A stretch of 64,000 nt of DNA from an uncultured Gammaproteobacteria bacterium (lineage in GTDB: Bacteria > Patescibacteriota > Microgenomatia > UBA8517 > UBA10165). The stretch covers positions 3,768 to 67,767 of the forward strand of contig CAYYLO010000003.1 of NCBI GenBank assembly GCA_964472675.1, given 5' to 3'. A program made the translations under genes and the position numbers. The notes under the pieces were generated by a model that saw nothing but the letters and a program-made list of their open reading frames with translations, was not told the DNA's origin and ran no database searches. Position 1 is the first letter of the stretch. Every line of letters begins with the position of its first letter. This document shows, piece by piece, positions 18,143 through 27,786 of this stretch.

Positions 18143-18528
18143 TCTACTATTACCTTGATTGATAACGTGCCAACTAACTATATGATACCGTAAGAGGGCA
18201 AAAGAAAAGCCCTCGAGTCAAAAATTTGCTCTAAGGGCCAAAAGATGATTGCTACAAAGGTAGAATTCTGAGCACTGCCATAAAGTACATTTCGCCTGCC
18301 CTGCAAAACGTACAAGCAATGCCCATAATGCTACCTTCGAATACTTCTTTGTAATGTGCTTCCCGCCTACTCTTGAAGCTAGCGGGACAGTGCTAGGTAC
18401 AAAAACGATTTCCTTAATCAAATCAAAATGAAGAGTTGGAGGAAATCTAAATCTTTACTCTAGTAGCTCATAATGTATCACAAAAATGGCCATTTGTCAA
18501 GTACTACAGGTTTCTAGTCCTTACTTTG

Positions 18529-18551
18529 TTGACAGGGTGGAACCCTGTCAA
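18529..18551. repeat. second REP-like palindrome family, left copy
   Basis: TTGACAGGGTGGAACCCTGTCAA. Confidence 0.85.
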
Positions 18552-18611
18552 ACAGTCTAAAGCTCGATTGTGCCTATTTATTGATGATATAATGCCTTAG
18601 TCTTAGTTTTC

Positions 18612-18697
18612 GCCCGGGTGCTGGAATTGGTAGACAGTGTGGCCTTAAGAGCCATTGCTCCTAAAAGAGCGTGTGGGTTCGAGTCCCTCCCCGGGCA
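18612..18697 (+). tRNA. tRNA-Leu(TAA)
   Basis: GCCCGGG/CCCGGGC stem, loop CTTAAGA, long variable arm. Confidence 0.95.
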
Positions 18698-18799
18698 CTT
18701 CCTGTTCCTACCTTCCTTTTCTCCTAATCTTGTGTTAACTTTTGTCGTTCTCTGCCCCTTGCGTTTTTTTGCCCGAACGCTGCAAGGGGTATTTTTTGC

Positions 18800-18820
18800 T
18801 GACAGGGTTCCACCCTGTCA
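18800..18820. repeat. second REP-like palindrome family, right copy (inverted)
   Basis: TGACAGGGTTCCACCCTGTCA, exact reverse complement of 18530-18550. Confidence 0.85.
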
Positions 18821-20116
18821 AGACAACTTTGCGAGGATTTCGGAATATTTTTTGATGTTGTCTTGGGTGCTTTTGAGCGCTCCTTGAATGACCAAGTTTA
18901 CTTTCTTAAAGTCCCAATACTTTTGCATTAAATCGATCAAGTCTTCTGAAGTTGTGCTTTGAATAAGTTCTATCATTTTTTCAGGAAGATGAATTTTGTC
19001 CTCCCAAAGTAAATCGCCTTCGATCCAATTGGCAATTGAGCTCGGGTGGTCAAAACTCATCAGCCACTGGTTTGAGAGAAATTCTTTTGTGACAATAAGT
19101 TCTTCTTCGGTTGGGCCATTTTTAATAAATGTAGCCAATTCCTGGACGATTAGTGTCACTACTTCCTCCAGGTTTTCCCGGGAAGCTTCCGAGGCTATAG
19201 CGGTATAACCTAATCCATTCGTAATTAAAGAACCGGCATTTACGCCATAAACCAATCCTCTTTGGTAACGTAGGAGCCTAAACATACGGCTTCTTGAGAG
19301 GTTAACCAATATTGCAAGAATAATGTTTTGTCTCAAGCGCAATGCAATGCTGTTATCTAAAGATAAAGATGGAAAAGAAAGATCGATATAATTTGATTTA
19401 AGGCTTGAATCAAAGCGGATCCCCACATTTTTGCCTGACAGGTTTTTACTACTAAATATGGGAATTTTTGAATAACTTGAGTTGTGGTAGTTGCCAAAGT
19501 ATTGTTTTAGATAGTGTTTAAGCTGAGGCTTCTCAAAACTTCCAGTTATTGAAATATAAGTATTTTTGGGAACAAAAAGCTTCTCCCAAAATGACAAAAT
19601 ATCTGCCTTTGTAATTTTTTCAACGTCACTAATTGTTCCGGCGATGGGGTTAAGCAGTGGACAACCTTTTGTAAACCTAATTTCCCGCACAAATTTACCT
19701 ATTTTATATTCCGGGCTATCCATCCTTTGTTTTATTTCTTCCAAAATAGCCCGCCTTTCTTTTTCTATAGCAACTTCGGGGAAAAGTGGCTCAAAAAATA
19801 CCTCGCTGGCAATTTTTAAGGCGTCTTCCAAATGTGTTTTGGGAACAGTTATAAAAAAATTTATGGAAAATTCTCCAGTTGAGGCATTATAGCTTCCTGC
19901 TAAACTTTCAATATAATCAGACATACTTTCAGCGTTCGGCAACGAAGGAATGCCTTGTATAAGCATGTGCTCTAAAAAGTGCGCAAGGCCAATTTTTCCG
20001 GCGTCCTCTAAAACAGAACCTCCTTTAACATCAATTCTGAGGTGAATTGATCTCAAAGAGCGCATTCTGTAGGTTGCAACTTTTATACCATTTTGCAGCG
20101 TAAACGTATTCAACAT
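18818..20116 (-). CDS. M16-family zinc peptidase
   Basis: GLAHFLEHM (HxxEH), NAST, SRMFRLLR..RGLVY. Confidence 0.92.
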   Translation of the reverse strand: MLNTFTLQNGIKVATYRMRSLRSIHLRIDVKGGSVLEDAGKIGLAHFLEHMLIQGIPSLPNAESMSDYIESLAGSYNASTGEFSINFFITVPKTHLEDALKIASEVFFEPLFPEVAIEKERRAILEEIKQRMDSPEYKIGKFVREIRFTKGCPLLNPIAGTISDVEKITKADILSFWEKLFVPKNTYISITGSFEKPQLKHYLKQYFGNYHNSSYSKIPIFSSKNLSGKNVGIRFDSSLKSNYIDLSFPSLSLDNSIALRLRQNIILAILVNLSRSRMFRLLRYQRGLVYGVNAGSLITNGLGYTAIASEASRENLEEVVTLIVQELATFIKNGPTEEELIVTKEFLSNQWLMSFDHPSSIANWIEGDLLWEDKIHLPEKMIELIQSTTSEDLIDLMQKYWDFKKVNLVIQGALKSTQDNIKKYSEILAKLS

Positions 20117-20121
20117 TATCC

Positions 20122-21804
20122 TTACCTCGACCACAAAGTATACACTACCGTTCCATCTGGTCGTTTGATTTGCCCCAGAAGCGTGGCTCCGGCAGGCGGA
20201 GAGCTGGTTTCGCAGGCATCAGCGTCAACTGCCAGAATCCGTTCTTCTAGAGCAAAAACGTCTCTGGAGGGACAGCGCTGGCTAGTAAAAGTAAAGTTTT
20301 GGAAACCCCAAACACCTTTATCTCTTTTGTTCGCCGATTGCGTAAAAGTTGCCGGATCATATTTGCCAAAAAATGCTAGCCATGGGTATGGGCTATCGGG
20401 AATTTCGGTAAAGTAAATCTTATCATAGTTTCCTTGCAGGCTGTTGATTTTGAGCGCAAGTTCTTTTGCGCCGGCATTGCGAGATAAGGTTCCGCCAACC
20501 GGATTGTGGATGAAGTATTGATGCAGAAAGAAGATAAAATTTACTGACAAGAGGGCAAAAGACAGTGACAAGGATAATGTGCGATGCCGTGAATTCGCAA
20601 ACCAGTACAGCCCGTAGGCTTCAATAATAGATAAAAAGGGAATCATAAAAAGCGCGCGGTGCATATTTGGAGCGTCTTCGGTTGTAACAGCCGCGGGAAG
20701 CGGAGATATCAGTACAAGTCCAAGTACAAGAATTGAGGCATACGGTTTATGCTGTGCGATTGCGACCAGTCCGGCTAAAAGTAGGAAAAATTCAACGTAA
20801 GTTAAAACGCCCATCCCGCTGGTCATGTAACGGGTGGGTTTTGCTTCTTTGGGGACAAGGAAGAATTTGGCGCTAATGTATTGAGTGTATTCATTGACAA
20901 AGCGTCTTGCGTAAACTGAGGGCTTGTTGTGGAATAGTCTGGCGACAAAGACTCTGTTAGGCCCTTCTTCAAACGGCATTTTATCGAGTTCGTAAGCAAC
21001 GTCGAGGTCTTTGAAGATGGAAACCTGGTTGAATCGGCCGCGAGCGGCTGGATCGAGGGCAAATAGTAAAGTAACAAGTGATACAGAGAACAAGAGAACA
21101 AGCGGGAGTTTGAAGTGTAATTTTGGCAGATCGCGCAGGGTGGGACGCGGGCGCGAATTCCACCAGAAGAAAGCTATGGTTATAAAAACAAACATAGGAA
21201 TTAAAAGGCGGGCGGAATGGTATAGAAAGTAAGACGAAAGTAGAAAAAGCAGAGTGAGTAGGAAAGGTAGTAAGGCGGGTGGCTTTTTATTGTTCAGTTG
21301 CCGTACAAGAAGCCACAAACCTGTGAGGGCAAAGAAAAGTGCAACGATACCTTCGGAGGTGGCGCGGGAAAGAGAGATGTGCCATGGCGACAAGGCTAGC
21401 AGCAGAGCAGAAAAAATTTCCAATGTCCAATTTCCAATGTCCAATTTTTTCCGAGGTGCTAATTCTCGAACTAAAAAATACATAGAAATTACGGTTAGAG
21501 CTCCGAAGAGGGCGCCTGGGAAGCGAACGGCAAACTCATTCAAACCAAAAATCAAAATCGAAGGGATGGTTAGGTAAAAATATCCGGTGGGGCGGAAATC
21601 GCCGAAAGAGTTGTAGTAGAGAGGAAACTTGTGCCCCCAATCGTCGGCTCCGGTCTTTAGAATTGAATAAGCATTCCAGCCCGCTTTTACCTCATCTACA
21701 TGGAAGCCGTCAGGTAGCCCTGCAAGTTTCCAGGTTCGCAAAAATAAAGCTAAAAGGAAAATTAAGAAAATCCATTTGTGCTTTTTCAAAAAATGTAAAT
21801 GCAT
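20122..21804 (-). CDS. ArnT/PMT-like (GT39/GT83-type) membrane glycosyltransferase
   Basis: multi-TM; DE...GWNAYSILKTG.D, FGLNEFAVRFP, SPWHI.LSR. Confidence 0.88.
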   Translation of the reverse strand: MHLHFLKKHKWIFLIFLLALFLRTWKLAGLPDGFHVDEVKAGWNAYSILKTGADDWGHKFPLYYNSFGDFRPTGYFYLTIPSILIFGLNEFAVRFPGALFGALTVISMYFLVRELAPRKKLDIGNWTLEIFSALLLALSPWHISLSRATSEGIVALFFALTGLWLLVRQLNNKKPPALLPFLLTLLFLLSSYFLYHSARLLIPMFVFITIAFFWWNSRPRPTLRDLPKLHFKLPLVLLFSVSLVTLLFALDPAARGRFNQVSIFKDLDVAYELDKMPFEEGPNRVFVARLFHNKPSVYARRFVNEYTQYISAKFFLVPKEAKPTRYMTSGMGVLTYVEFFLLLAGLVAIAQHKPYASILVLGLVLISPLPAAVTTEDAPNMHRALFMIPFLSIIEAYGLYWFANSRHRTLSLSLSFALLSVNFIFFLHQYFIHNPVGGTLSRNAGAKELALKINSLQGNYDKIYFTEIPDSPYPWLAFFGKYDPATFTQSANKRDKGVWGFQNFTFTSQRCPSRDVFALEERILAVDADACETSSPPAGATLLGQIKRPDGTVVYTLWSR

Positions 21805-21941
21805 TAAAATGTCCTCAACAATTGTACTGCTGTATGTAGTTGAAAAGAAATGCTGATTTTTTTATTTCTTTTACCGTGTGCGGGCACTTGACAAAGTTGC
21901 CTTCAATCAGCTTAACTAAAAGTGTAATTTACTTTAACAGC

Positions 21942-22418
21942 ATGACTGCCCGTAAAAAAATTAACAAAAAGCCTACTCCGTCTTCAGAGGGTACAATTTT
22001 TGTATTGTCTGTTGCTTTGGTTATTGCAATTGGCACATTTTTGTTTCTCTCTTCAAGACAAAAAGAGACAATAAAAGTTGCAGAAAAAAAGGAAGTAACA
22101 GTTATGTTAGCTTCTGAGAATAACTCAAGTGAAACCGGAACTGCCTTTTTAAAGGAAGCTGATGGTAAGGTTGTGGTGACTTTGGCGGTTGAAAATAGCC
22201 CCAAGGGTGTGACCCAGCCGGCCCACATTCATACCGGAACTTGTCCCAATCCAGGAGAAGTAAAATATCCTCTAAATTCCCTGGTTGACGGGAAATCTGA
22301 GACAACTCTTAACGTTTCTGTCAATGACCTACTAAGTCAGATGCCCTTAGCAGTTAATGTCCACAAGTCTGTTGCTAAGGCTAAAGTAAGCGTCTCCTGC
22401 GGCGATATAGCAAAGTAA
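21942..22418 (+). CDS. membrane-anchored protein with His/Cys motifs (SOD-like/CHRD-like fold)
   Basis: N-terminal TM, QPAHIHTGTC, AVNVHKS, VSCGDI. Confidence 0.7.
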   Translation: MTARKKINKKPTPSSEGTIFVLSVALVIAIGTFLFLSSRQKETIKVAEKKEVTVMLASENNSSETGTAFLKEADGKVVVTLAVENSPKGVTQPAHIHTGTCPNPGEVKYPLNSLVDGKSETTLNVSVNDLLSQMPLAVNVHKSVAKAKVSVSCGDIAK

Positions 22419-22420
22419 AT

Positions 22421-22540
22421 GAAGCTCTACCAGCTTACGCTGGTAGTTTCTTCTAGCTTCAAGCGACATAGTCGCTTGCCCTCACACTCCGTGTTCGGGA
22501 AATCTTCATCCACTTACTCGCGCAAGTGGTTTTAAGATTT
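22421..22540. mobile_element. multi-hairpin MITE-like element or structured RNA
   Basis: stems CTACCAGC/GCTGGTAG, CAAGCGAC/GTCGCTTG, AAATCTT..CCACTT/AAGTGG..AAGATTT. Confidence 0.5.
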
Positions 22541-22635
22541 GTCGCTATAAAAAAACGCGCCTCCGTTCAAACCACCCCACTGTGGCGATCCTCGAAAGGA
22601 TCCTTACGTCAAACGAAGGCGCAAAGCGCTACAGG

Positions 22636-23064
22636 TTACCTGCGGTGTGCGTACCAGCTGTAGGCGCCGCCAAACTCGCACGCGACTGCGACAACGAATC
22701 CGACGACCAGCTGTTTCCAGAGGAAATCAATCTCCTCCGGAGAGATAGCCTGTTGCGCAAGCTGTGTCATCATGTAGAATGCGGTGCGAACCATGCCGAT
22801 GATTAAGAGCGCTCCCAAGGCGTTGTAGGTCAGCGGGAACGTGAAGACGCTCTCCACCACCCTTAGGCACTTCTCTGTCCCGAAGGCATCGCATGCTGCA
22901 AGGAAGAGTCCTCCGGCACAGAGCGCTAGCGCCCACATGCCCTGCCGAGTAGTCCAGATCCCATAGAGGAAGAACCACGTCGGATTGCCGAAGAGGTGGA
23001 ACCCAAACACTACCATGCCCAAGAACATCAAAGCGGATGCGATCAATTCCCTAGTCTTCACCAC
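22636..23064 (-). CDS. hypothetical membrane protein
   Basis: 142 aa, about 4 TM segments; TTGACT-N17-TATGCT upstream. Confidence 0.65.
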   Translation of the reverse strand: MVKTRELIASALMFLGMVVFGFHLFGNPTWFFLYGIWTTRQGMWALALCAGGLFLAACDAFGTEKCLRVVESVFTFPLTYNALGALLIIGMVRTAFYMMTQLAQQAISPEEIDFLWKQLVVGFVVAVACEFGGAYSWYAHRR

Positions 23065-23205
23065 ATTCCCCTGTAAAGCTTACTTCAGCGATTTCTCACT
23101 GAGATTGAGGTTAAGCATACACCAAACTCACACGAAAGTCAAGTATTATGGGTTTTACTTCCAAGAAAAAAACGCTTCCTTTCGACCATCGTTAAGTTGT
23201 GGTTT

Positions 23206-23679
23206 CTATTGAGGAGTTTTTAGATTGAAGCGAACATTGGCCCATTCTACCAAAATCCGTGCAAGGTAAACCGCAGTAAGCGCGACAATAAAACTGCCTC
23301 CAATGTCCAACCAATGATGAACTTGAGCGTAAACGCGGGAGGCGCCAACTAAAAATGCAAGGAAGGCAAGTACCATCCCCCACTTTTTGTTATAGATAAA
23401 AATTATTGCCGCGATTGTAGCAACTAAAAGCGTGTGATCTGAGGGGAAGCCGTTGTCAGGAGCGTGTGGAATTAAAGGCGTTGTATTGTTAACCACAAAT
23501 GGACGCGGATCGATGATAAATTTTGAAGCAATTCTGGAAATTATCAGCGAAAGCGGCAGGGAGGCTATTGTGAGAACAGCTAATTTTTTGCGCTGGGTTG
23601 AAAGTACAAGTATGACAAGTCCTAAGACTACACTGAGGATATAAGAATGTTTGGCAAAAGTTACAAGTAATGCATCCAT
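23206..23679 (-). CDS. PAP2-family phosphatase (undecaprenyl-PP phosphatase-like)
   Basis: PRP, FPSDH, SRVY..VHH..D. Confidence 0.9.
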   Translation of the reverse strand: MDALLVTFAKHSYILSVVLGLVILVLSTQRKKLAVLTIASLPLSLIISRIASKFIIDPRPFVVNNTTPLIPHAPDNGFPSDHTLLVATIAAIIFIYNKKWGMVLAFLAFLVGASRVYAQVHHWLDIGGSFIVALTAVYLARILVEWANVRFNLKTPQ

Positions 23680-23726
23680 ATAATGTTGTCATCCTGACGT
23701 CGCATTCGCTCCCCAGAATGAAAGGT

Positions 23727-23924
23727 TTATTTCCCGGGCTTGGTTTTTGAAAGCGCTCCTCTGATTTTTTGATGGAAATAGACGAACTTTTCTTTGGAGA
23801 AATGATAGGCGCTGTAGGGAAGATTGCGCTTTACACGCGCAAAAACTGAGGCGCGAGATTGAGAACGAAACTCTTTGGGGGTTTGCCGAAAATTGATATT
23901 CCTTGGTTTACTCATAAATAGCAT
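23727..23924 (-). CDS. small basic hypothetical protein
   Basis: 65 aa directly downstream of the cupin gene. Confidence 0.4.
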   Translation of the reverse strand: MLFMSKPRNINFRQTPKEFRSQSRASVFARVKRNLPYSAYHFSKEKFVYFHQKIRGALSKTKPGK

Positions 23925-23925
23925 G

Positions 23926-24507
23926 TCAGCCTAGTCTGCCTATGCCTTGTTGTAATTCTAAAGCATCCACCCACTGCGGGACAGGCACATCTTTGTAGGT
24001 GGGATTGGGAATTGCTGTGGCGATACCATTTTCTTCGGTTATGTAATAAGCCATGCCTTGATGCTTTTCTATCTCTTCATAATCTTGCGGAACGTGTCCG
24101 TCGTTCCAATTATCAAGTAGAACTAACTCCTGGTTCCCAATATTTGACCAAGAATGACCATATTCGGGAGTGATTAATATTTCATCCCCCGCCTTGGCTC
24201 GGATTAGTAAAACCTCATCAACTATATCTGGATTCCACTCCCCGTTTCCGATATGTTTCTTTTGCAAAAGCAAAACTCCCTCTCCGGATTCGACTTTGTA
24301 AAGCTCTTCCAAAGGGTGTGTATGATAATGTCCAAAGGTTTTTGTGTATTCTCTTCCAAGTTTGCCAGGCTTAATAACCGTATTGTTTGCCCATTCGGAT
24401 GGGCTTTTAAAGCTGAAAACTTTGTAAACTGGATTGGGACCGGAAGAATTAGGTTCTTGCAGAACCTGTTTTAAGGATTCGAGCTTTCGGGTGCTAACAA
24501 GTTCCAT
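23926..24507 (-). CDS. cupin-type glucose-6-phosphate isomerase
   Basis: PG.LG.EY.KTFGHYH, E.Y.V.SG.G.LLLQ, P.YGH. Confidence 0.82.
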   Translation of the reverse strand: MELVSTRKLESLKQVLQEPNSSGPNPVYKVFSFKSPSEWANNTVIKPGKLGREYTKTFGHYHTHPLEELYKVESGEGVLLLQKKHIGNGEWNPDIVDEVLLIRAKAGDEILITPEYGHSWSNIGNQELVLLDNWNDGHVPQDYEEIEKHQGMAYYITEENGIATAIPNPTYKDVPVPQWVDALELQQGIGRLG

Positions 24508-24616
24508 ATTATTAACCTAAAATCATTTTAAGGATATTATTCAAGCTTGTCGAGCAGCACACAGGCAAGCTTGCAATTATCCCCCAAAAGCGCAAAACTA
24601 ATATAGTTGACAGGGG

Positions 24617-24817
24617 GTGATTTTTTTGATCAACAAAATTTACAAATACCTGGGCAAGCATCCGCACTACAACAGCGTAATTCACACAATATCAGGCCTG
24701 GGGATTGGAGTCATTATCTCAAGGCCGTATGTAGCCAATCCGGTCAAATGGGGGGTGTTTCTTATTGTAATAGGCATCGTAGGACATCTTTACCCATATT
24801 TTGCAGGCAAGAAATGA
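24617..24817 (+). CDS. small membrane protein
   Basis: 66 aa, two TM segments, GGGGGTGA near the start. Confidence 0.65.
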   Translation: MIFLINKIYKYLGKHPHYNSVIHTISGLGIGVIISRPYVANPVKWGVFLIVIGIVGHLYPYFAGKK

Positions 24818-24827
24818 GACTCGTTTA

Positions 24828-24889
24828 AAAAGCAAACAGACAGCCTTTTATATTTTACTTTACATAAAAAGACTGTCTGCAGCTTTTTT
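24828..24889. terminator. hairpin terminator, probably bidirectional
   Basis: AAAAAGC..CAGACAG ... CTGTCTG..GCTTTTTT. Confidence 0.5.
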
Positions 24890-25243
24890 CTGGTTGACAC
24901 GCCTGCTCTTTGCGTCAACCAAATTCAAATCATCCTGCCCTGACCTGGTGTGTTTTTTGGTAACCTTGCTCTTAAAGCTACCGTAAGTTAGATTAAGCCC
25001 TGGAAGTTAATAATATGAAAGTTAAATGTAAGAATTAAGTAAGTTAGCTATTATTCATTAATTTTGCTTCAAATCTGCTGTAATTTCTCTCAAAAATGAA
25101 GTAACATTGGCTCGGTATTTCGTGCCGCAATCAAATTGGGTATTGCATTTGTGAAAAAAAGCATAAATAATTTACAAAACGATAGTTCTGAACCTTTTTT
25201 AGCGAAGCTTTTTCTTATAAAAACTTCGCATATATGATAGTAA

Positions 25244-26110
25244 ATGACAACTACTGAGAGACCAATTTTTAACACAGATAGTCTTGGTATGATAACCGAA
25301 AAAACCGAGAAATCTGTAAGCATTCGGAAGGTAACATCTCCCGACCAACTTCGTGTATGGCGGGAGATTTTTGATGGTGTTTTTCCGGAAAATGCTGGTG
25401 AATGCCCACAAAATTTACTTGAGCGATGCGCAAGCCGGGAAGCTTTGATTCACTCAGATTTTTACCTTATATTTAGAGGGGAAGAGGCGGTTGGTGTGCA
25501 CTGGGTTTGTTGGGCACCTAACTCTTTGGTAGCGTATGTTCCCTGGTGCGGTGTTTTGCCGGGGCACCAAGGTTCAGGAGTTTACTCTAAAGCAATGGCC
25601 CTTGTTGAAAATGATTTGAGAGCTCAGGGTATACGTATCGTTGCGCTAGAGTGCGAAGACCCAGCGTATATGACAACTCCTGAAAGAATTACTTTGGCCC
25701 AACGAAGATTGAAATTTTATCATAGGAATGGGTTTGCACATGTAGAGCAGAGTGCAGTTGCCTATGTCAGGCCAGACGAAACAGGTGTTGATTATAACGG
25801 ACAGGTTAAAAGTGGTTTAATGTTTGGCCTTAAGCAGCTTTATCCTGAAGACCGTCTATTTGTTGAAGATCAAGGAGGGTTGGCTATTTCTGCAGTTGTG
25901 CTAAGGTATGTTTACACGGAAGTGATGAAAACAGATAGTGGGATACTAGATTGGCAAACACTTGCAGGGAATAGAGCTATACGCGAATACATACAGTCCT
26001 TGGAGCAGGCTGGTCTCTACGTTCCAATGTTATCTTTACAAAAAGGTTCTTCTGGCTTCCCCCTACCTCAGCAAATTGCTGTTGCGCAACCAACTCTAAC
26101 TCTTCAATAA
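25244..26110 (+). CDS. GNAT-fold acetyltransferase-like protein
   Basis: V.P.HQGSG.YS motif A; RRLKFY.RNGF. Confidence 0.7.
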   Translation: MTTTERPIFNTDSLGMITEKTEKSVSIRKVTSPDQLRVWREIFDGVFPENAGECPQNLLERCASREALIHSDFYLIFRGEEAVGVHWVCWAPNSLVAYVPWCGVLPGHQGSGVYSKAMALVENDLRAQGIRIVALECEDPAYMTTPERITLAQRRLKFYHRNGFAHVEQSAVAYVRPDETGVDYNGQVKSGLMFGLKQLYPEDRLFVEDQGGLAISAVVLRYVYTEVMKTDSGILDWQTLAGNRAIREYIQSLEQAGLYVPMLSLQKGSSGFPLPQQIAVAQPTLTLQ

Positions 26111-26199
26111 CTGCTCCTCCCACCTTCTCCTTACGGAAACGTAATCTTACTTTAACCAATCAATGCTAGTCTTTTGATTTAGAAGGAGGTGAGTAAAAT

Positions 26200-26403
26200 A
26201 TGGGTGGAATGGATATGCAGTCGAAAAAGGCAGCGATTGACCATTTGGACCACGTAAGCTATCCGGCAACCAAAGAAGAACTGGTAAAAGCATGTGACAA
26301 CATGTCAGATGTTCCGGAAGAAGGTAAAAAATGGTTTATGGACAATTTACCTGGAGGCACATACCAAAATTCAGGTGATGTTAGAGCCGCGCTTAGGATG
26401 TAA
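26200..26403 (+). CDS. DUF2795-like small protein
   Basis: HL..VSYPATKEELVKA, LP...Y....DV; AGGAGGTGA SD. Confidence 0.8.
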   Translation: MGGMDMQSKKAAIDHLDHVSYPATKEELVKACDNMSDVPEEGKKWFMDNLPGGTYQNSGDVRAALRM

Positions 26404-26520
26404 GTTTCTTGCGCACTGAAGATACAACTTGTTTCAAATTGAGACGGTTGGAGAAGCTGTTTTGCAACAGCTTCATAGAAATCTGTACCAATCTAGGGTA
26501 TGATATATTAAGGTACAGAA

Positions 26521-26611
26521 GGACGGGTGGTGAAATTGGCAGACACGCAGCGTTCAGGGCGCTGTGAGCTAAAAAAAGCTCATGCGGGTTCAACTCCCGC
26601 TCCGTCCACCA
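26521..26611 (+). tRNA. tRNA-Leu(CAG)
   Basis: CAGCG-TTCAGGG-CGCTG arm, long variable arm, encoded CCA. Confidence 0.95.
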
Positions 26612-26682
26612 CAAGAAGTTTGTAAGTGTGATTATCTCCCCCGCTAAATGTTTGATCCCATTTGTGATAAAATAGCTACCAG

Positions 26683-26764
26683 GCCAGGGTGTCGTAACTG
26701 GTAGCCGAGCACGCTTGAGGTGCGTGTGGAGAAATCCGTGCAGGTTCGAGTCCTGTCCCTGGCA
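26683..26764 (+). tRNA. tRNA-Leu(GAG)
   Basis: GCCAGGG/CCCTGGC stem, CACGC-TTGAGGT-GCGTG arm. Confidence 0.93.
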
Positions 26765-26790
26765 CTATCTAAAGACAATTAGTGATTCGT

Positions 26791-26861
26791 TGCGGGATCG
26801 TCTAGTGGTAGGACACGGGACTTTGGATCCCGGTACCTAGGTTCAAATCCTAGTCCCGCAG
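26791..26861 (+). tRNA. tRNA-Gln(TTG)
   Basis: TGCGGGA/TCCCGCA stem, CGGGA-CTTTGGA-TCCCG arm. Confidence 0.94.
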
Positions 26862-27015
26862 CAAAACGAAGTTTTGCAAGGGACAAAAGGAAATTCTTAT
26901 TTCCTTTTAATCCCGCTTCCTCCCAAGGAGGAATTATACGCTCGAATTTTTTTTAGACACTTACCGCGAAAGTGGGCGCCATAGGCGCAACTTAAGTTGG
27001 GTAAGCACTTGAAAA

Positions 27016-27088
27016 GGACAAGTAGCTCAGTTGGAAGAGCATTCGGTTTACATCCGAAAGGTCACAGGTTCGAGCCCTGTCTTGTCCA
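27016..27088 (+). tRNA. tRNA-Val(TAC)
   Basis: GGACAAG/CTTGTCC stem, TTCGG-TTTACAT-CCGAA arm. Confidence 0.94.
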
Positions 27089-27117
27089 CATTTAGAGACC
27101 GAAAAGAATTTGTCCTC

Positions 27118-27594
27118 TTAAATATCTCTTATTTCATCCTTGGCTCTTTCTGCTTCTAATATCTCAGACTTTTTAGTAGGTGAATAAATACTCCAAGGAA
27201 ACTCAACTCCGAGATGTTCTAAAGTATTAACTTCTTGGTTACCAATAATGCCATAAATATCAATTAGTTTTACACCACATACGGTTAGTTGCATTTTTAG
27301 ATGGTCATAAAAGTACGAGCCACCTCTGGTAAATCTATCTATGGATTTAATAACAAAAAGCTGGATGCCATTGTTAGAGTCTTTACAGTAATCAACAACC
27401 TCCTGCATTGGTTGTTCATCTTTTGAAGCCGACTCCATTAAGAAAAAGAACTTCTTAATGTTTAAGTTATGACTTTTTGCAAACTGTTCTATTTGATCTT
27501 TTTGCGCTTGTGGGGAATCACCCTGAAGGCCTTGTTTTAATGAAGAAATTCTTATCGCTGCTACTGCACTATTAGTAGATAAGTTAGGATTCAT
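27118..27594 (-). pseudogene. truncated serine recombinase (catalytic N-terminal domain only)
   Basis: IRISS.KQ..GDS...Q, ESAS, KSIDRFTR; ends at 158 aa. Confidence 0.8.
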
Positions 27595-27769
27595 GGTTGA
27601 GCAATTACTTTGTTTTTAAATCGCAACTTTCCATTTAACTGGTCTTCTAAAATCCTATCGACAATAAGGTTTGTAATTACTTGAAGTCTTTCTTCTAGTG
27701 TCAAATTAGAGGTTAAGGTCTTTTATTTTCTGGAGTCTTAGTTTGTCTAAATCGTTCTGTTTTACTCAT
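27591..27769 (-). pseudogene. small frameshifted ORF coupled to the recombinase
   Basis: AAGGAG then MSKTERF...; frame shift; LTLEERLQVITNLIVDRILED...; ATGA overlap with the recombinase start. Confidence 0.5.
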
Positions 27770-27786
27770 ACCCACTCCTTACACAC

